Assembly (NCBI GenBank): GCA_963695115.1
Contig: CAVOFX010000006.1
Location: 584 to 64,583 of the forward strand
DNA from: an uncultured Microthrixaceae bacterium
GTDB lineage: Bacteria; Actinomycetota; Acidimicrobiia; Acidimicrobiales; CAVOFX01
Direction of reading: 5' to 3'
DNA length: 64,000 nt
The position numbers and the translations under genes are program-made. Of this stretch, positions 1 through 10,977 are shown piece after piece. The notes under the pieces were generated by a model that saw nothing but the letters and a program-made list of their open reading frames with translations, was not told where the DNA came from and made no database searches. The first letter of the stretch is position 1. Every line of letters starts with the position of its first letter.

Positions 1-188
1 TCCGGCAGTGCTTCTCTCGGCTTCTTCCGACGCTCCGGGTGCTAGTGGCGACGCCGCGCATCTACTGTCGGTGCCGACCCAGTTCGGCGGCGCCGCATTC
101 TCCGTGATCGCCGATCCCCGGGTTCCGGAACTGGGGCGGCTGTCGTCTTACGCCTGGTAGTCTCGGTGTGACGTTCTCGGAGGTGGCC

Positions 189-775
189 ATGACAATCCGA
201 CTGGGTTCGTCGAGGGCGCGGTGTCGCTTGTGGCGCTGCCGTCCTAACGCTGGCACTCCTGCACTGTGGTTGTGGCGACTCGACCGGCGGTCAAGAGGTC
301 AGTTCCGGCGATCAGGGCTCTCAGCCAGCTGCCGAGGATGGTCTCCATCGCCCACCCTCGTGGAGGAGCCCATCGAGGCGGAGCGGCAAGCGGCGGATGT
401 CCGACCGATGTTCCCGTCGACGCGGTCGGATGCGTTGTCACGGATACCTGCGGCAGCGCCGGGTTTGGGCTCGTTGACGCGCAACTCGCCAGGACCGTTC
501 ACGAGTGCAGAGGAGGCGGCTAGGGCAATCATCGACGGCGTCTTCATCACGGCGCCTGCGATGCGGGAACGCCTGGATGTGGCCTCCGAGGGCTCCGTCG
601 ATGCTATAGGCTCGACAGCTCAGGTCTTGTCTACCGGCGGGGTGGCCAGGACGTGATGCGGATCACCATCCAAGGATACCTGTGGGTGGCTTCGGGGTTA
701 CCGGCTGGAAGTTCTGCTCGGAAGCCGTGAGCGAAGGCCTGTTCGTATTCGATCCTGCCGTAGCCGACGCGGATA
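189..775 (+). pseudogene. Decayed copy of the lipoprotein gene at 4105-4695
   Basis: It starts with the same MTIR codons. The homologous peptides are split over at least 2 frames (ORFs 168-656 and 682-1365), and the lipobox region is destroyed by frameshift. Confidence 0.6.
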
Positions 776-785
776 GGGGGGCATC

Positions 786-1405
786 ATGCGTGACTGGAGT
801 CGACTCGGACGGCAATTGCCTTGGCCATCGGGCTCGTTATGAGCGCAGTCGTCCTACCCACGCGACCGGCGGACGCCCACAGTTGGTTCGATTGCAGCAC
901 AGATGCTTCCCCCGCACCGTGTACACCTGGCAGCCCGACACCATCTACTTCCGCTTCGCATCCAGCTTCCCGCCCAATTTGCCCTACCCGGCGAGATCGT
1001 GTGATCGACTCGATCTTGAACTGGCCGCTTGCCGCCTCTGCGTCGTCCCGGTGACAATTGTTCAATCCCCTGATGGGGCAAGCTGGTTCAGTGTCAACTG
1101 CGAAACGTATGCAGACGGCGACAACCGATTCCACTGGCTTGATCTTGCTGCGTTGAGTTTACACGGGCAATCTCTACGGCTGGGGATCCGCGTCAAGCAG
1201 CACCAAATACGCGTTGTTGCTGCGAACCCTGCGTTGGACTCGAAGGAGACGTGGTGGCCGTACGACTCGGCGCCGCCGGGAACGCACTTGGATCTCGAGT
1301 TGGTGCATGACCCAACCAACCGGGGCACGGGTACGGCTACACTACGGGCACTCCGCCTTCAGTGATGCTGGTGGCGCAGGGAACCGGACGCAACTACTGT
1401 ACACG
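786..1405 (+). pseudogene. Decayed, 3'-truncated copy of the secreted Zn-metalloprotease gene at 3385-4095
   Basis: It has the same MRDW start and shares the peptides QPDTIYFRFASSFPPN, IVQSPDGASWFSVNCETYADGDNRFHW and RVVAANPALDSKETWWPYDSAPPGTHLDLE. It has frame changes, and homology stops at ~1405 at the low-complexity block. Confidence 0.7.
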
Positions 1406-1411
1406 ATAGGC

Positions 1412-1938
<527 letters not shown>

Positions 1939-2288
1939 TGGCCATGGCCGTGCTGCGGGGTGAGGAAGGCGACCAACGCCGGTACGACCGAACCGGCCAA
2001 GAGACCGGCGGCGAAGCCGACACCGTGGCGGGCGAGCTCCTCCCACACCAACCCAGCGGTGACCGGGTCGATGCCGAGCCCGCCGAACCGCTCCGGAATC
2101 GTCAGCTTGTGGATTCCGAGCTCGAACGTGGCAGCCATGGTGTCGCGGTACTCGGCGCTGGCGAACGCGACGACCGGGTCGGGCATGCGGTCGACGGCCA
2201 GCTCGGCGTCGCCCATCTGGCGGCGGCCGAAGTCCTGCGTCAGCGCGACCATGGCCTCCTGGTCCTCGTCGAGCGAGAAGTCGATCAT
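1939..2288 (-). pseudogene. Acyl-CoA dehydrogenase N-terminal fragment, truncated by the low-complexity block
   Basis: The peptide MIDFSLDEDQEAMVALTQDFGRRQM...LTIPERFGGLGIDPVTAGLVWEELARHGVGFA is typical of the ACAD N-terminal domain. Only ~117 aa are present before the frame runs into (GA)n/(G-rich) sequence. Confidence 0.7.
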
Positions 2289-2296
2289 GGTCGTGG

Positions 2297-3068
2297 CTAC
2301 GCCGGGAAGAAGTCCGTCATGGTGAAGTAGTGGGGGAGGAACGCGACGGGGTCGACCTCGGTGAGGGTCTGGCCCGGCAGCATGACGTTGGACGACTCCA
2401 ACAGGAACGAGACCGTCGGCGTGATCGACGCGAAGTCGGACCATGGATCGTTGTCCGACGGTTGGAAGGTGAGCTGCACGGCCCCGGTGGTGATCCGCTT
2501 GGGCGTCACCTGAGTGCGTTGCGACGCCAGCAGGACCGGGCCGTCGAAGCCCGGCTCGAGATCGATCCGTGGTGAAGCCTTGAACAGGTAGGTCGGCCCG
2601 ACCGGTGGGAACAACTCCACGGGGAGCTCCTCGCCGAGGACCAGTTCGACCTCGATGAACCGGATACCGAGTCGTTCCACGGTCCCGCGGACTCGATTGC
2701 CATCACGCTCCAGCGTGATCGTCGCCGCCTTCTTCGGGAACCCGAAGATGTCCCTGCCGTTGTGCAACCGGTTCGGCTGGCTGTCAATCGGCATCGACAG
2801 GCAGTAGGAACCGGGCATCCCCTGGTAGCTACACCTGATCATCAGCGCAGCCTCCCGGTAGCCGGGGCCGAGGTTGGTGTCTCCGTACTCGGCGACGAAC
2901 AGCAGCCCGCCCGGCGACTCGGCCTGCTCGAGCGGCGGCGGGAGACAGGCGCCGGTGAGCGCCTGGTCGGCATCGAAGATCACCCCGAGCATCGTCGCGG
3001 TCTTGGAACTCCCGATCCTTGATGCGGTAGTGGTGGTCGAGCTCGTCCGATGTCTTGACGAATCCCAT
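2297..3068 (-). CDS. Acetoacetate decarboxylase (ADC) family protein, with one apparent frameshift near 3000-3010
   Basis: The N-terminus MGFVKTSDELDHHYRIKDREF (frame of ORF 2829-3116) continues as TMLGVIFDADQ...LFVAEYGDTNLGPGYREAALMIRC...GRDIFGFPKK (frame of ORF 2297-3478). An intact in-frame alternative is 2297-2992. Confidence 0.65.
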
Positions 3069-3273
3069 GTGCCCTCCGGGTTGTCCCCAGCCACCGGCGG
3101 GACGGCGCGATGGCACCGCGACACGATCGGCTTTGCCCGAGACGTCCTGGCCCGCTCATGCCCGCGACCACCGGGTGGCCGGGCACCACCGTACACCCGC
3201 CCTCCTCGGCGACGGAGAAGAGCGCTCGACGAAGAGCGCTCGAAGCTCAGTGCGCGCGCCGTGAGCTCACGTA

Positions 3274-3294
3274 CGTGTCGGAGGGGGGACTTGA
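3274..3294. repeat. Direct repeat of the tRNA-Leu(GAG) 3' end (distal att-like site)
   Basis: The 21-nt sequence cgtgtcggaggggggacttga is identical to 27177-27197. Confidence 0.75.
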
Positions 3295-3384
3295 CCAGCC
3301 GATACACCGACGGTGCGGTGGTCGCTCGACATCTCCGACGCCTAGTTGCGGCACCCGCGAGTCGATGGACACCTCGATGCAACG

Positions 3385-4095
3385 CTACGGGAAAGCCTGA
3401 TACGCGGCGAGCATCGTGTGCTGATCGTGCGTTTCCGTCGTGCGGAATCGGAGCCAACCGTATTGATACGAGGGGCACATCGTGTACATCGTCGTCGGGT
3501 TCCCTGCGCAGCCAGCGTCACTGAAGGCGAAGTGCCCGTAGTAGCCGTACCCGTGCCCCAGTTCGTGGGTCATCACCGACTCGAGATCCAAGTGCGTTCC
3601 CGGCGGCGCCGAGTCGTACGGCCACCACGTCTCCTTCGAGTCCAACGCAGGGTTCGCAGCAACAACGCGTCCTTGGTTGTACTTGACGCAAGTCCAGCCG
3701 TAGAGATTGCCCGTGTAGAACTCGAGCGCAGCGAGGTCGACCCAGTGGAATCGGTTGTCGCCGTCTGCATACGTTTCGCAGTTGACACTGAACCAGCTTG
3801 CCCCATCAGGGGATTGAACAATTGTCGCCGGACGACCAGAGGCGGCAAGCGGCCAGTTCAAGATCGAGTCGATCACACGATCTCGCCCCGGGTAGGGCGA
3901 ATTGGGCGGGAAGCTGGATGCGAAGCGGAAGTAGATGGTGTCGGGCTGCCAGGTGTACACGGTGCAGGGGGAAGCATCTGTGCTGCAATCGAACCAACTG
4001 TGGGCGTCCGCCGGTCGTGTGGGTAGGACGACTGCGCTCATAACGAGCCCGATGGCCAAGGCAACTCGCCTGCCGAGTCGACTCCAGTCACGCAT
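3385..4095 (-). CDS. Secreted zinc metalloprotease (metzincin-like, HELGHGYG motif)
   Basis: The 236-aa ORF is intact. It has an N-terminal signal-like segment (RRVALAIGLVMSAVVLPTRPADA), an HExxH motif in VMTHELGHGYGYYGH, and several Cys residues. Confidence 0.8.
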   Translation of the reverse strand: MRDWSRLGRRVALAIGLVMSAVVLPTRPADAHSWFDCSTDASPCTVYTWQPDTIYFRFASSFPPNSPYPGRDRVIDSILNWPLAASGRPATIVQSPDGASWFSVNCETYADGDNRFHWVDLAALEFYTGNLYGWTCVKYNQGRVVAANPALDSKETWWPYDSAPPGTHLDLESVMTHELGHGYGYYGHFAFSDAGCAGNPTTMYTMCPSYQYGWLRFRTTETHDQHTMLAAYQAFP

Positions 4096-4104
4096 GATGC
4101 CCCC

Positions 4105-4695
4105 CTAGCGATCCACGTCGGCTACGGCAGGATCGAATACGAACAGGCCTTCGCTCACGGCTTCCGAGCAGAACTCCCAGCCGGTAACCCCGAAGCCACC
4201 AGCAGGGTACTCCTGGATGGTGATCCGCATCACGTCCTGGCCACCCCGCCGGTAGACAAGACCTGAGCTGTCGAGCCTATAGCCGTCGACGGAGCCCTCG
4301 GAGGCCACATCCAGGCGTTCCGGCATCGCAGGCGCCGTGATGAAGACGCCGTCGATGATTGCCCTAGCCGCCTCCTCTGCACTCGTGAACGGTCCTGGCG
4401 AGTTGGCGTCAACGAGCCCAAACCCGGCGCTGCCGGTATCCGTGACGACGCATCCGAGCGCGTCGACGGGAACATCGGTCGGGACATCGCCGCTTTCCCG
4501 CTCCGCCTCGATGGGCTCCTCCACGAGGGTGGGCGATGGAGCGTCCTCGGCAGCTGGCTGAGAGCCCTGATCGCCGGAACTGACCTCTTGACCGCCGGTC
4601 GAGTCGCCACAACCAGCAAGTAGGAGTGCCAGCGTTAGGACGGCAGCGCCACAAGCGACACCTCGCGCCCTCGACAGAACCGGTCGGATTGTCAT
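4105..4695 (-). CDS. Putative lipoprotein
   Basis: An internal ATG at 4695 gives MTIRPVLSRARGVACGAAVLTLALLLAGCGDS, which is a lipobox (LAGC). The upstream part of the 492-aa ORF 4105-5583 is P/R/S-rich off-frame sequence that overlaps the relaxase tail. Confidence 0.7.
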   Translation of the reverse strand: MTIRPVLSRARGVACGAAVLTLALLLAGCGDSTGGQEVSSGDQGSQPAAEDAPSPTLVEEPIEAERESGDVPTDVPVDALGCVVTDTGSAGFGLVDANSPGPFTSAEEAARAIIDGVFITAPAMPERLDVASEGSVDGYRLDSSGLVYRRGGQDVMRITIQEYPAGGFGVTGWEFCSEAVSEGLFVFDPAVADVDR

Positions 4696-4996
4696 GGCCA
4701 CCTCCGAGAACGTCACACCGAGACTACCAGGCGTAAGACGACAGCCGCCCGGCTGCGGTTCCCAGGAACCCGGGGATCGGCGATCACGGGGAACTGCGGC
4801 GCCACCGAACTGGGTCGGCACCGACGTGAGTGCGCAGCATGGCCCAGCTGGCGCCCCGGACGTCGGAAGAACCGAGGAGCATGCCGGAGCTGCTGGACCT
4901 GGAGCCAAGGTCCAGCCGGCTTCCACCTGTCGTCGGCAGGGAACCTGTGCGCGACCGAACCAAGCCGGGCTCACATTACGCCACGAAGCAGAAGCG

Positions 4997-7734
4997 TCAC
5001 TGCAGGTCGATCCCGATGCCCCCGTCCATGGCGGGCGGCCCGCTATGTTGGAGGCGGTCGAGGCGTGCGGTGGCCTTGGCCACCTGTTCGGCGAGGTCCT
5101 CGCCGACGACATCGGGCTGGGGTAGGCTGGCGAGGAGGTCGTCGGCCATCGAGCGATGTGTGCGCAGGCCGTCAGGTTCGGGGAGTTCGGCGAGGAGCGC
5201 GTCTCGGCCGACACCGACGGGTGTGCCGTCGGGTTCGGGGAGGTTGGCCAACAGCTCCGAGGCGAGGTGCTGGGAGCGGTCCCGTGACAGCTCACGTTCG
5301 GCGTGCTCGAACAACAGCTCCCACCCCTCCACTCGCTGCGCTCGCTGCGGGTTGGGGGCGAGGATCTCCCACACGTCCTCGTCGGGGGTGCACATGTAGA
5401 GGCGGTTCTCGACCCGGCCCGTGGACAGCGCGGTGTAGGCGGCCTGGCGGTCGAGATCACCGTCGCCGCCGAGGGTGAAGACCCGGTCGGCGGTGGCGCC
5501 CTGCGTCTTGTAGTTGGTGCGGGCGTAGCCGTGGTCCAGGAACCCGGCCTCGAGACGGTCGGTGGGCATGGTGCGCTCGGCATCGACGCGCTCGCAGTGG
5601 AAGGTCACCGTCTTGTGGCGTTCGTTGATGGCGGTGACGGTGCCGAGGTCGCCGTTGAGGATGTCGAGGTCCCAGTGGTTGCGGCCGACCGCCAGAACCT
5701 GGTCGCCGACGGCGAACTCCCGGCCCGCCACCCGGATGCGGCGGTCGATTCCCAGCTCGTGGTTCCCGAACCGCCCGGCCGAGTCCAGGAGCGCACGCGC
5801 CCGGTCGTTGAGGTCGGCGACGTCGGCCCGGCGGGTGGCGATCATGACCTTGTCGTCGCCGGGGGCGTTGAACCAGTCGTCGACCAGTCGCTGTCGGAGG
5901 GCGTCCACGTTGTCGGCGGTGATGATGCGGCCGTTGTTGCCGTAGGCGGCGACCGCTTCGGACACGCGGCCGTTGCGGAGGTCGTCGAGCGCGCCCGACC
6001 TCCCACTCGTGGACCTGGCGGCGGTTCTCGACCAGCGTCGTGGACGGCGCGTGGATCGACATGGCCCGGAACGAACCGCCGGCGTCGATCTCGGGCAGCT
6101 GCGCGGTGTCACCAGCCAACACCAACTTGGCCCCGGCCTCGGTCGTGTGACGCGACAACCGATCGAGGGTTCGTGTCCCAACCATGCCGCTCTCGTCGAT
6201 CACGACCACACAGCCGGCGTCCAGCTGCAGGCGGCCTTCGTCGAGCTGGTTGAGCAACCGGGTGATCGTCATCGACGGGATCCCCGAACCGGCCGACAGC
6301 TCCGCAGCTGCACGCGCGGAGAGGGCCGCGCCGAACACCGAGTAGCCCGACGCCTCCCATCCCTCGCGGGCCGCGTCGAAGGTGAAGGTCTTCCCGGTCC
6401 CGGCCGCGCCGACCGCGACGTCAATGCCCGCACCGGATCCGGTGAGGTGGCGGACCATCGCAGCCTGCTCGTCGGAGATCGACGGGCGCGCGGCGATCGC
6501 CGCCTCGACCATCCCGGTGTCGGCGATGGCGGCCCCGGCGTCGCGTTGGGCGCGGGCGCGCTCGACGACCCGGTTCTCGGTCAACAGCAGCTCGACGGTG
6601 GTCCAGCGGGGTTCGCCGGCGACGTCGCCGACCTCGACGACGCGGTGCTCGGCCAGGAACCCGTCGGCCAGGTCCTCGATGGCAGTCACGTCCGCGCCGT
6701 CTCCCATCCGCTCGGCGGCCGCCCGCACCACGTCCCGACGCCCGAACGTCGACGCATGCTGCGTGACGCCGGTCGGGCGACGCGAGGTCGTCGAACAGCT
6801 CGCCGACCGACCACAGCTGCGGCTCCCGGGTCAACGCCCCGCTCCAGCAGCTCGGCGACCTGGACGGGACCGAACCCGAGCTCGTCCGCGCGTTGGGCCC
6901 AGTCGGCCCGCAGCGCGTTGGCGTCGACGTCGTAGACCTTCGCTCGGCGGGTGTCGAGCGCGGCGATCTGGGCGGCCTTGGCCGAGTGCTCGGCGCGGGC
7001 TTCCATCGCGTCGAGGATCTCAGCCCGCCGCGTCGAGAACTCGTCGATCACGTGGCGGGGGATGCCGGCGACATCGGCGTAGCCGTTGGTGACGGGTTGC
7101 CATTCGACGCCCAACCGGCGGGTCAGCTCGACCGCGCAGCTGGGCTTGGTAGAGGAACCCGGCGGTGCGGGCGTGGTGGAACATCGGCGGGCAGTGCAGC
7201 GCCCCCCAACGCCCGTCGGGCATCCGGGTCATGTTCGCGATCAGCACATGGGTGTGCAGCGTCGGGTCCCCCGCCCGCGACGGTCTGGTGGCGGAACCCC
7301 GCGGCGACGAACCCGTCACCGGGCACCTGGTGCTGGACGCCATCGGCCCGTCGGCGGGAGAGGCACACCTGGCGCTCGAGGTAGCCGACGGCGGCGTCGA
7401 CCGCAGCCTCGTGCGGGGCGACCACCTCACCGGTCACCGTGCCCGCCTCACCCAACCCGAAGAGCAGCGAGATGGACTTGGGTGCCCGGAACGTGAAGTC
7501 CAGGCCCGGCAGCTTCGCCCGGGTCAGCCGCTCGTCGCTCCCGGGTGCGCGGCCTTCGAGCACGGCGGTGAGATCGGCTTCGTCGACCATGCCGTCGAGA
7601 CCCAGGATCTCGGCGCCCTGGCCCAGCCATCGGCCCGGCGCTTCACCCCGGCCGGTGTAGTAGTCCTCCACGCCACTGGCGATCGACAGGTAGTACGACT
7701 GCTGGCCGACAGCCATCAACCCGATGTTCAACAT
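4997..7734 (-). pseudogene. MobF-family (TrwC/TraA-like) relaxase-helicase, at least 4 frameshifts
   Basis: The N-terminus is MLNIGLMAVGQQSYYL...YYTGRGEAPGRWLGQGAEILGL. The HxDxxxxHxH-type motif is DPTLHTHVLIANM. The helicase Walker A is AVGAAGTGKTF, followed by VVVIDESGMV and YARTNYKTQGATADRV. These pieces lie in ORFs 7123-7755, 7020-7430, 6686-7114, 5457-6731 and 4997-6181, in different frames. Confidence 0.85.
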
Positions 7735-7900
7735 GCGCACGCACCTCCACTTCACGTCCCCACCCCCTAGGCCGCTCGGTCACCCCGATCTTCGCGAAGA
7801 AGTCCGAGAAACCCCGGCGAGGTCACTCGCCGAGTCGCCGCCCAGGTCACAACCCGGGTCACTCGAATCGACCTGCGGGAGTGACTTGTCGCGCATCGGA

Positions 7901-8001
7901 GTCCCGGCGTTGGTCCCGGAATCGGTCCCGGTTTCGGTCCCACGTCCCCGTTGTCGCACCCGGCCATCCCGCTGGCTGTCCCGTTGAGTGTCCCGCTGGG
8001 C
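7901..8001 (+). repeat. Array 1 of 12-bp-periodic direct repeats (core GTCCCGG/GTCCCGY)
   Basis: gtcccggcgttg / gtcccggaatcg / gtcccggtttcg / gtcccacgtccc ... atcccgctggct / gtcccgttgagt / gtcccgctgggc. Confidence 0.85.
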
Positions 8002-8121
8002 GCGGCTTCCCCGTGCCCAACCCGGCCGGAGGCCGGGGCGGGAGCCCAACCGGTCGCAGCTGTGAGAAGGCGGGAGCATCGCTCCGAGGTGCGGACAGGA
8101 CGGCACGAGGCGGCACGACCA

Positions 8122-8181
8122 GTTCCCGGTCGCGTTCCCGTTCGGGATCCCGGTTGGTATCCCGCTGGGTGTCCGCTCGGC
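8122..8181 (+). repeat. Array 2 of 12-bp-periodic direct repeats (core TYCCGS)
   Basis: gttcccggtcgc / gttcccgttcgg / gatcccggttgg / tatcccgctggg / tgtccgctcggc. Confidence 0.85.
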
Positions 8182-8674
8182 CGCGAGCCAGTCTGTGACC
8201 CTGATCGTTGGTCGTTCATCGGTTGACCGATTCGGGCGAGGGCTCCATGGGTGCGGGAAGCCGGTTCGTGGGATGCGCGTGCGCGTGGGGGGTCGGGCGG
8301 TCGAGAGGTGGGCGGTACCGTCGCGGTGGCTGAACGCGCTTCTGGTTGGCGGCAGGGTCCTGATGGGTGGTGGTACCCCCCGATCAACGAGCGGGCGAGG
8401 CCGATCTGCGCCGACCGAGATCGGCTGGTCGGGCTCGCCGTGCTGGTGAGCTCCGGTGCGCTCACCACAGAGATCGACGCGATCGTCGACGATCCCGAAC
8501 TCGGCGTGTGAGCGAGCTCTCTCGCCGAGCACGGTGGTGCGTGTGAGCGACGGCAACGCACGCGGTTCAGTCCGCTATCAAGCGGGTTCGGCCGGCGTCG
8601 ACTTCGCCGCGTGGAACCTCGGGGAGAGCCCGATGGGGCTTTCACCGGTCGCGTGAGCCTCCTCATCCGGCGCA

Positions 8675-8804
8675 CCGGGACGGTCCCGGATCGGTCCGGC
8701 CGTCCCCGTTCGAGTTCCCGGATGCGTTCCTGGTTCGGTCCCGGATTCGGTCCCAACCCCAGGTCACGTCGTTGTTGGCAGTCCCGTTGGCGGGCCCGTC
8801 GGCG
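8675..8804 (+). repeat. Array 3 of 12-bp-periodic direct repeats, starting with a near-palindrome ccgggacggtcccgg
   Basis: gtcccggatcgg ... gttcccggatgc / gttcctggttcg / gtcccggattcg / gtcccaacccca ... gtcccgttggcg / ggcccgtcggcg. Confidence 0.8.
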
Positions 8805-8854
8805 CCCCTGCTCGGCCGAGTGCCCGGTTCGAGGATTCTGCAGATTTCTTCTGA

Positions 8855-8896
8855 CCGGGAACTCGAACGGGATAGGTACCGGGAGTCCCGTTTGCG
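8855..8896. repeat. Inverted-orientation copies of the same motif facing one forward copy
   Basis: ccgggaac, cgaacggga and accgggag are reverse complements of the array core. They are followed by a forward gtcccgtttgcg. Confidence 0.7.
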
Positions 8897-9058
8897 ATGG
8901 TCGACCCCGTGAGTCGTCCATCCGCCCGACCGGGACACTACCGAACGCTCCCTGGGTCTCCCCACCGCCGCGCAGGGCGTAGGTCGGGGAGTACCTCAGG
9001 TCACAAGTCGGGTCGTTGACGCCGGTCGAGGTCGCCGGCCTCACGCGATTTCGTCGGG

Positions 9059-9094
9059 CAGGTCGTACCTCAGGTCGTATGTCAGGTCGTACCG
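9059..9094 (+). repeat. Three 12-bp-spaced direct repeats CAGGTCGTA, ~200 bp upstream of the serine recombinase
   Basis: caggtcgtacct / caggtcgtatgt / caggtcgtaccg start at 9059, 9071 and 9083. A related acctcaggtc occurs at ~8993. Confidence 0.8.
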
Positions 9095-9294
9095 ATCGTC
9101 AGGGTCGGGTCGATGACTCCCCGATCCGACCAGGCGACGGTCGCCGTCGAGCTGCCTGCCGGGCTCCCGCCGGTGACGCCTGCAGTGGCCCGGCTGCTCG
9201 CCGTGATCGTCCGCGACGCCGCCCGCGAGGCATCGGTGGTCGAGCTGCGAGTCGGTCGACCCGGTGAGCCGCCCGAGGCCGTAGCGTCGTGACC

Positions 9295-10955
9295 ATGTCG
9301 AAGCGGTTCGCGTTCTACGGCCGAGTGTCCACCGAGGACCAGCAGGACCCGGCGTCCTCGAAGGCGTGGCAGCTCTCGCGGGCCAGCCAGCTGATCGACG
9401 GCCACGGCGAGGTGGTGGCCGAGTACTTCGACATCGGCCAGTCCCGGTCCCTGCCGTGGAAGCGGCGACCCGAGGCGTCCCGCCTCCTCGATGACCTGCG
9501 CCGCCTGGAGGACCGGTCGTTCGACGCGGTGGTGATCGGCGAGCCGGCCCGCGCGTTCTACGGCCAGCAGTTCGGGCTCACCTTCCCCACGCTCGTGCAC
9601 TACGGCGTCGAGCTGTGGGTGCCCGAGGTCGGCGGGCGGGTCGATCCCGACAGCGAGGCCCACGACCTCGTCATGTCGCTCTACGGCGGCATGTCCAAGG
9701 GCGAGCGCAACCGGATCAAGGTCCGAGTGCGCACCGCGATGGCGTCCCAGGCCGCCACCGAGGGCCGCTACCTCGGCGGCCGACCGCCCTACGGCTACCG
9801 CTCGCCGACGCCGGCGCCCACCCGAACCCGGCCAAGGCCGCCGACGGCAAGCGCCAGCATCGACTCGAGCCCGACCCCGACGCCGCCCCGGTCGTGCAGC
9901 GCATCTTCGCCGAGTACCTCGACGGACGAGGTCTCCGCTCCATCGCCGAGGCGCTCACCGCCGACGGCATCGCGTCCCCGTCCGCGCACGACCCCGCCCG
10001 CAACCGTCACCGCCAGCACTCCGGTGGTGCCTGGGCGCACTCGGCGGTGCGGGCCATCCTGCACAACCCCCGCTACACGGGCCACCAGGTGTGGGCCCGG
10101 CAGCGCAAGGACGAGGACCTGCTCGACCCCGAAGACGTCGCCCTCGGGCACCGCACCCGGATGCGCTGGAACGAGAAGGGCGAGTGGATCTGGTCGGCCG
10201 AGATCACCCACGAGCCGCTCATCGACATGGAGACCTTCGACCAGGTCCAGGCGATCATGGCCTCCCACGTGCGAGTCGCCCGCCCCAAGACCGTCATGCC
10301 CACCGAGCGGGCCTACCTGCTTCGGGGGCTGCTGTTCTGCGGGGTCTGCGGTCGACGGATGGGCGGCAACTACAACCACGGCAAGGCCCACTACCGGTGC
10401 ACCTTCCGCGAGCAGTACGCACAGAAGAAGGGCGTCGAGCACCCCCGCACCGTCTACCTGCGCGAGGACAAGGTCGTCCCCGCCCTCGACGAATGGCTCG
10501 GCCAGCTGTTCGACCCCGACAACCTCGACGCCACCTGCGAGCAGCTCGCCGCCGCGTACGAGCAACACGAGGACACGTCACGAGCCGAGCAGGCCCGCCA
10601 GACCATCGCCGACTGCGACCAGCGCCTCGCCCAGTACCGAGCAGCGCTCGACGCAGGCGCCGACGCCGCCACCGTCGCCACCTGGATGGCCGAGGTCACC
10701 GCCGAACGCAATCGCGCCGACATGGCGCTGCGCACCGCAACACCCGCCGACGCGCCCACCGCCACCGAGCTACGCGGGCTGATCGAGGGACTCGGCGACA
10801 TGGTCGCCGTGCTCGCCAACGCCGACCCCAAGCAACGAGCCGAGCTCTACGAAGCACTCGGACTGCGGCTCACCTGGCACCCCGAAGACAAGAAGGTGCT
10901 GGTAGAAGCCCAACCAGCGCGTGTGCTGGCTGGCGGTGTCGGAGGGGGGACTTGA
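9295..10955 (+). pseudogene. Large serine recombinase with one frameshift (~9800)
   Basis: The resolvase catalytic N-terminus is MSKRFAFYGRVSTEDQQ. After GGRPPYGYR the frame switches to that of ORF 9615-10955. That frame has the recombinase domain (VVQRIFAEYLDGRGLRSIAEALTADGI, YTGHQVW), a zinc-ribbon-like segment (LLFCGVCGRRM...HYRC) and a coiled-coil tail. Confidence 0.85.
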
Positions 10956-10957
10956 AC
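10936..10957. repeat. Direct repeat of the tRNA-Leu(GAG) 3' end (internal att-like site)
   Basis: The 22-nt sequence gtgtcggaggggggacttgaac is identical to 27178-27199. It overlaps the last codons and the stop of the serine recombinase ORF. Confidence 0.8.
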
Positions 10958-10977
10958 GCCGGATTCTGCCGTCCCAT

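Larger units (their letters stand above)
1..1405 (+). repeat. Diverged inverted duplicate of ~3410-4895 (lipoprotein + metalloprotease module); runs off the left window edge
   Basis: Nucleotide and protein-level similarity read by eye. For example, 60-200 matches the reverse complement of 4690-4830. The peptides SPGPFTSAEEAARAIIDGVFITAPAM and TVYTWQPDTIYFRFASSFPPN occur in both copies. Many substitutions and indels separate the copies. Confidence 0.8.
3274..10957. mobile_element. Decayed integrative, mobilizable-type element B bounded by tRNA-derived direct repeats
   Basis: It is flanked by the repeats at 3274-3294 and 10936-10957. It contains a MobF relaxase pseudogene, a serine recombinase pseudogene and repeat arrays. 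No T4SS or coupling-protein genes are seen. Confidence 0.55.

Noticed and set aside
4696-5583. N-terminal ~295 aa of the 492-aa ORF 4105-5583
   Set aside because: The P/R/S/T-rich sequence overlaps the relaxase C-terminal coding region in another frame. The true gene is the lipoprotein starting at 4695.
7901-8804. Possible CRISPR array formed by the 12-bp repeats
   Set aside because: The units are contiguous 12-mers without unique spacers, which is far too short for CRISPR repeats.
7767-9044. 425-aa minus-strand ORF (and 258-aa ORF 7780-8556) across the repeat region
   Set aside because: The sequence is R/P/S/T-rich and lacks motifs. The apparent GTxx and PGP repeats simply mirror the 12-bp DNA periodicity. 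I treat the region as non-coding or decayed rather than calling a gene.
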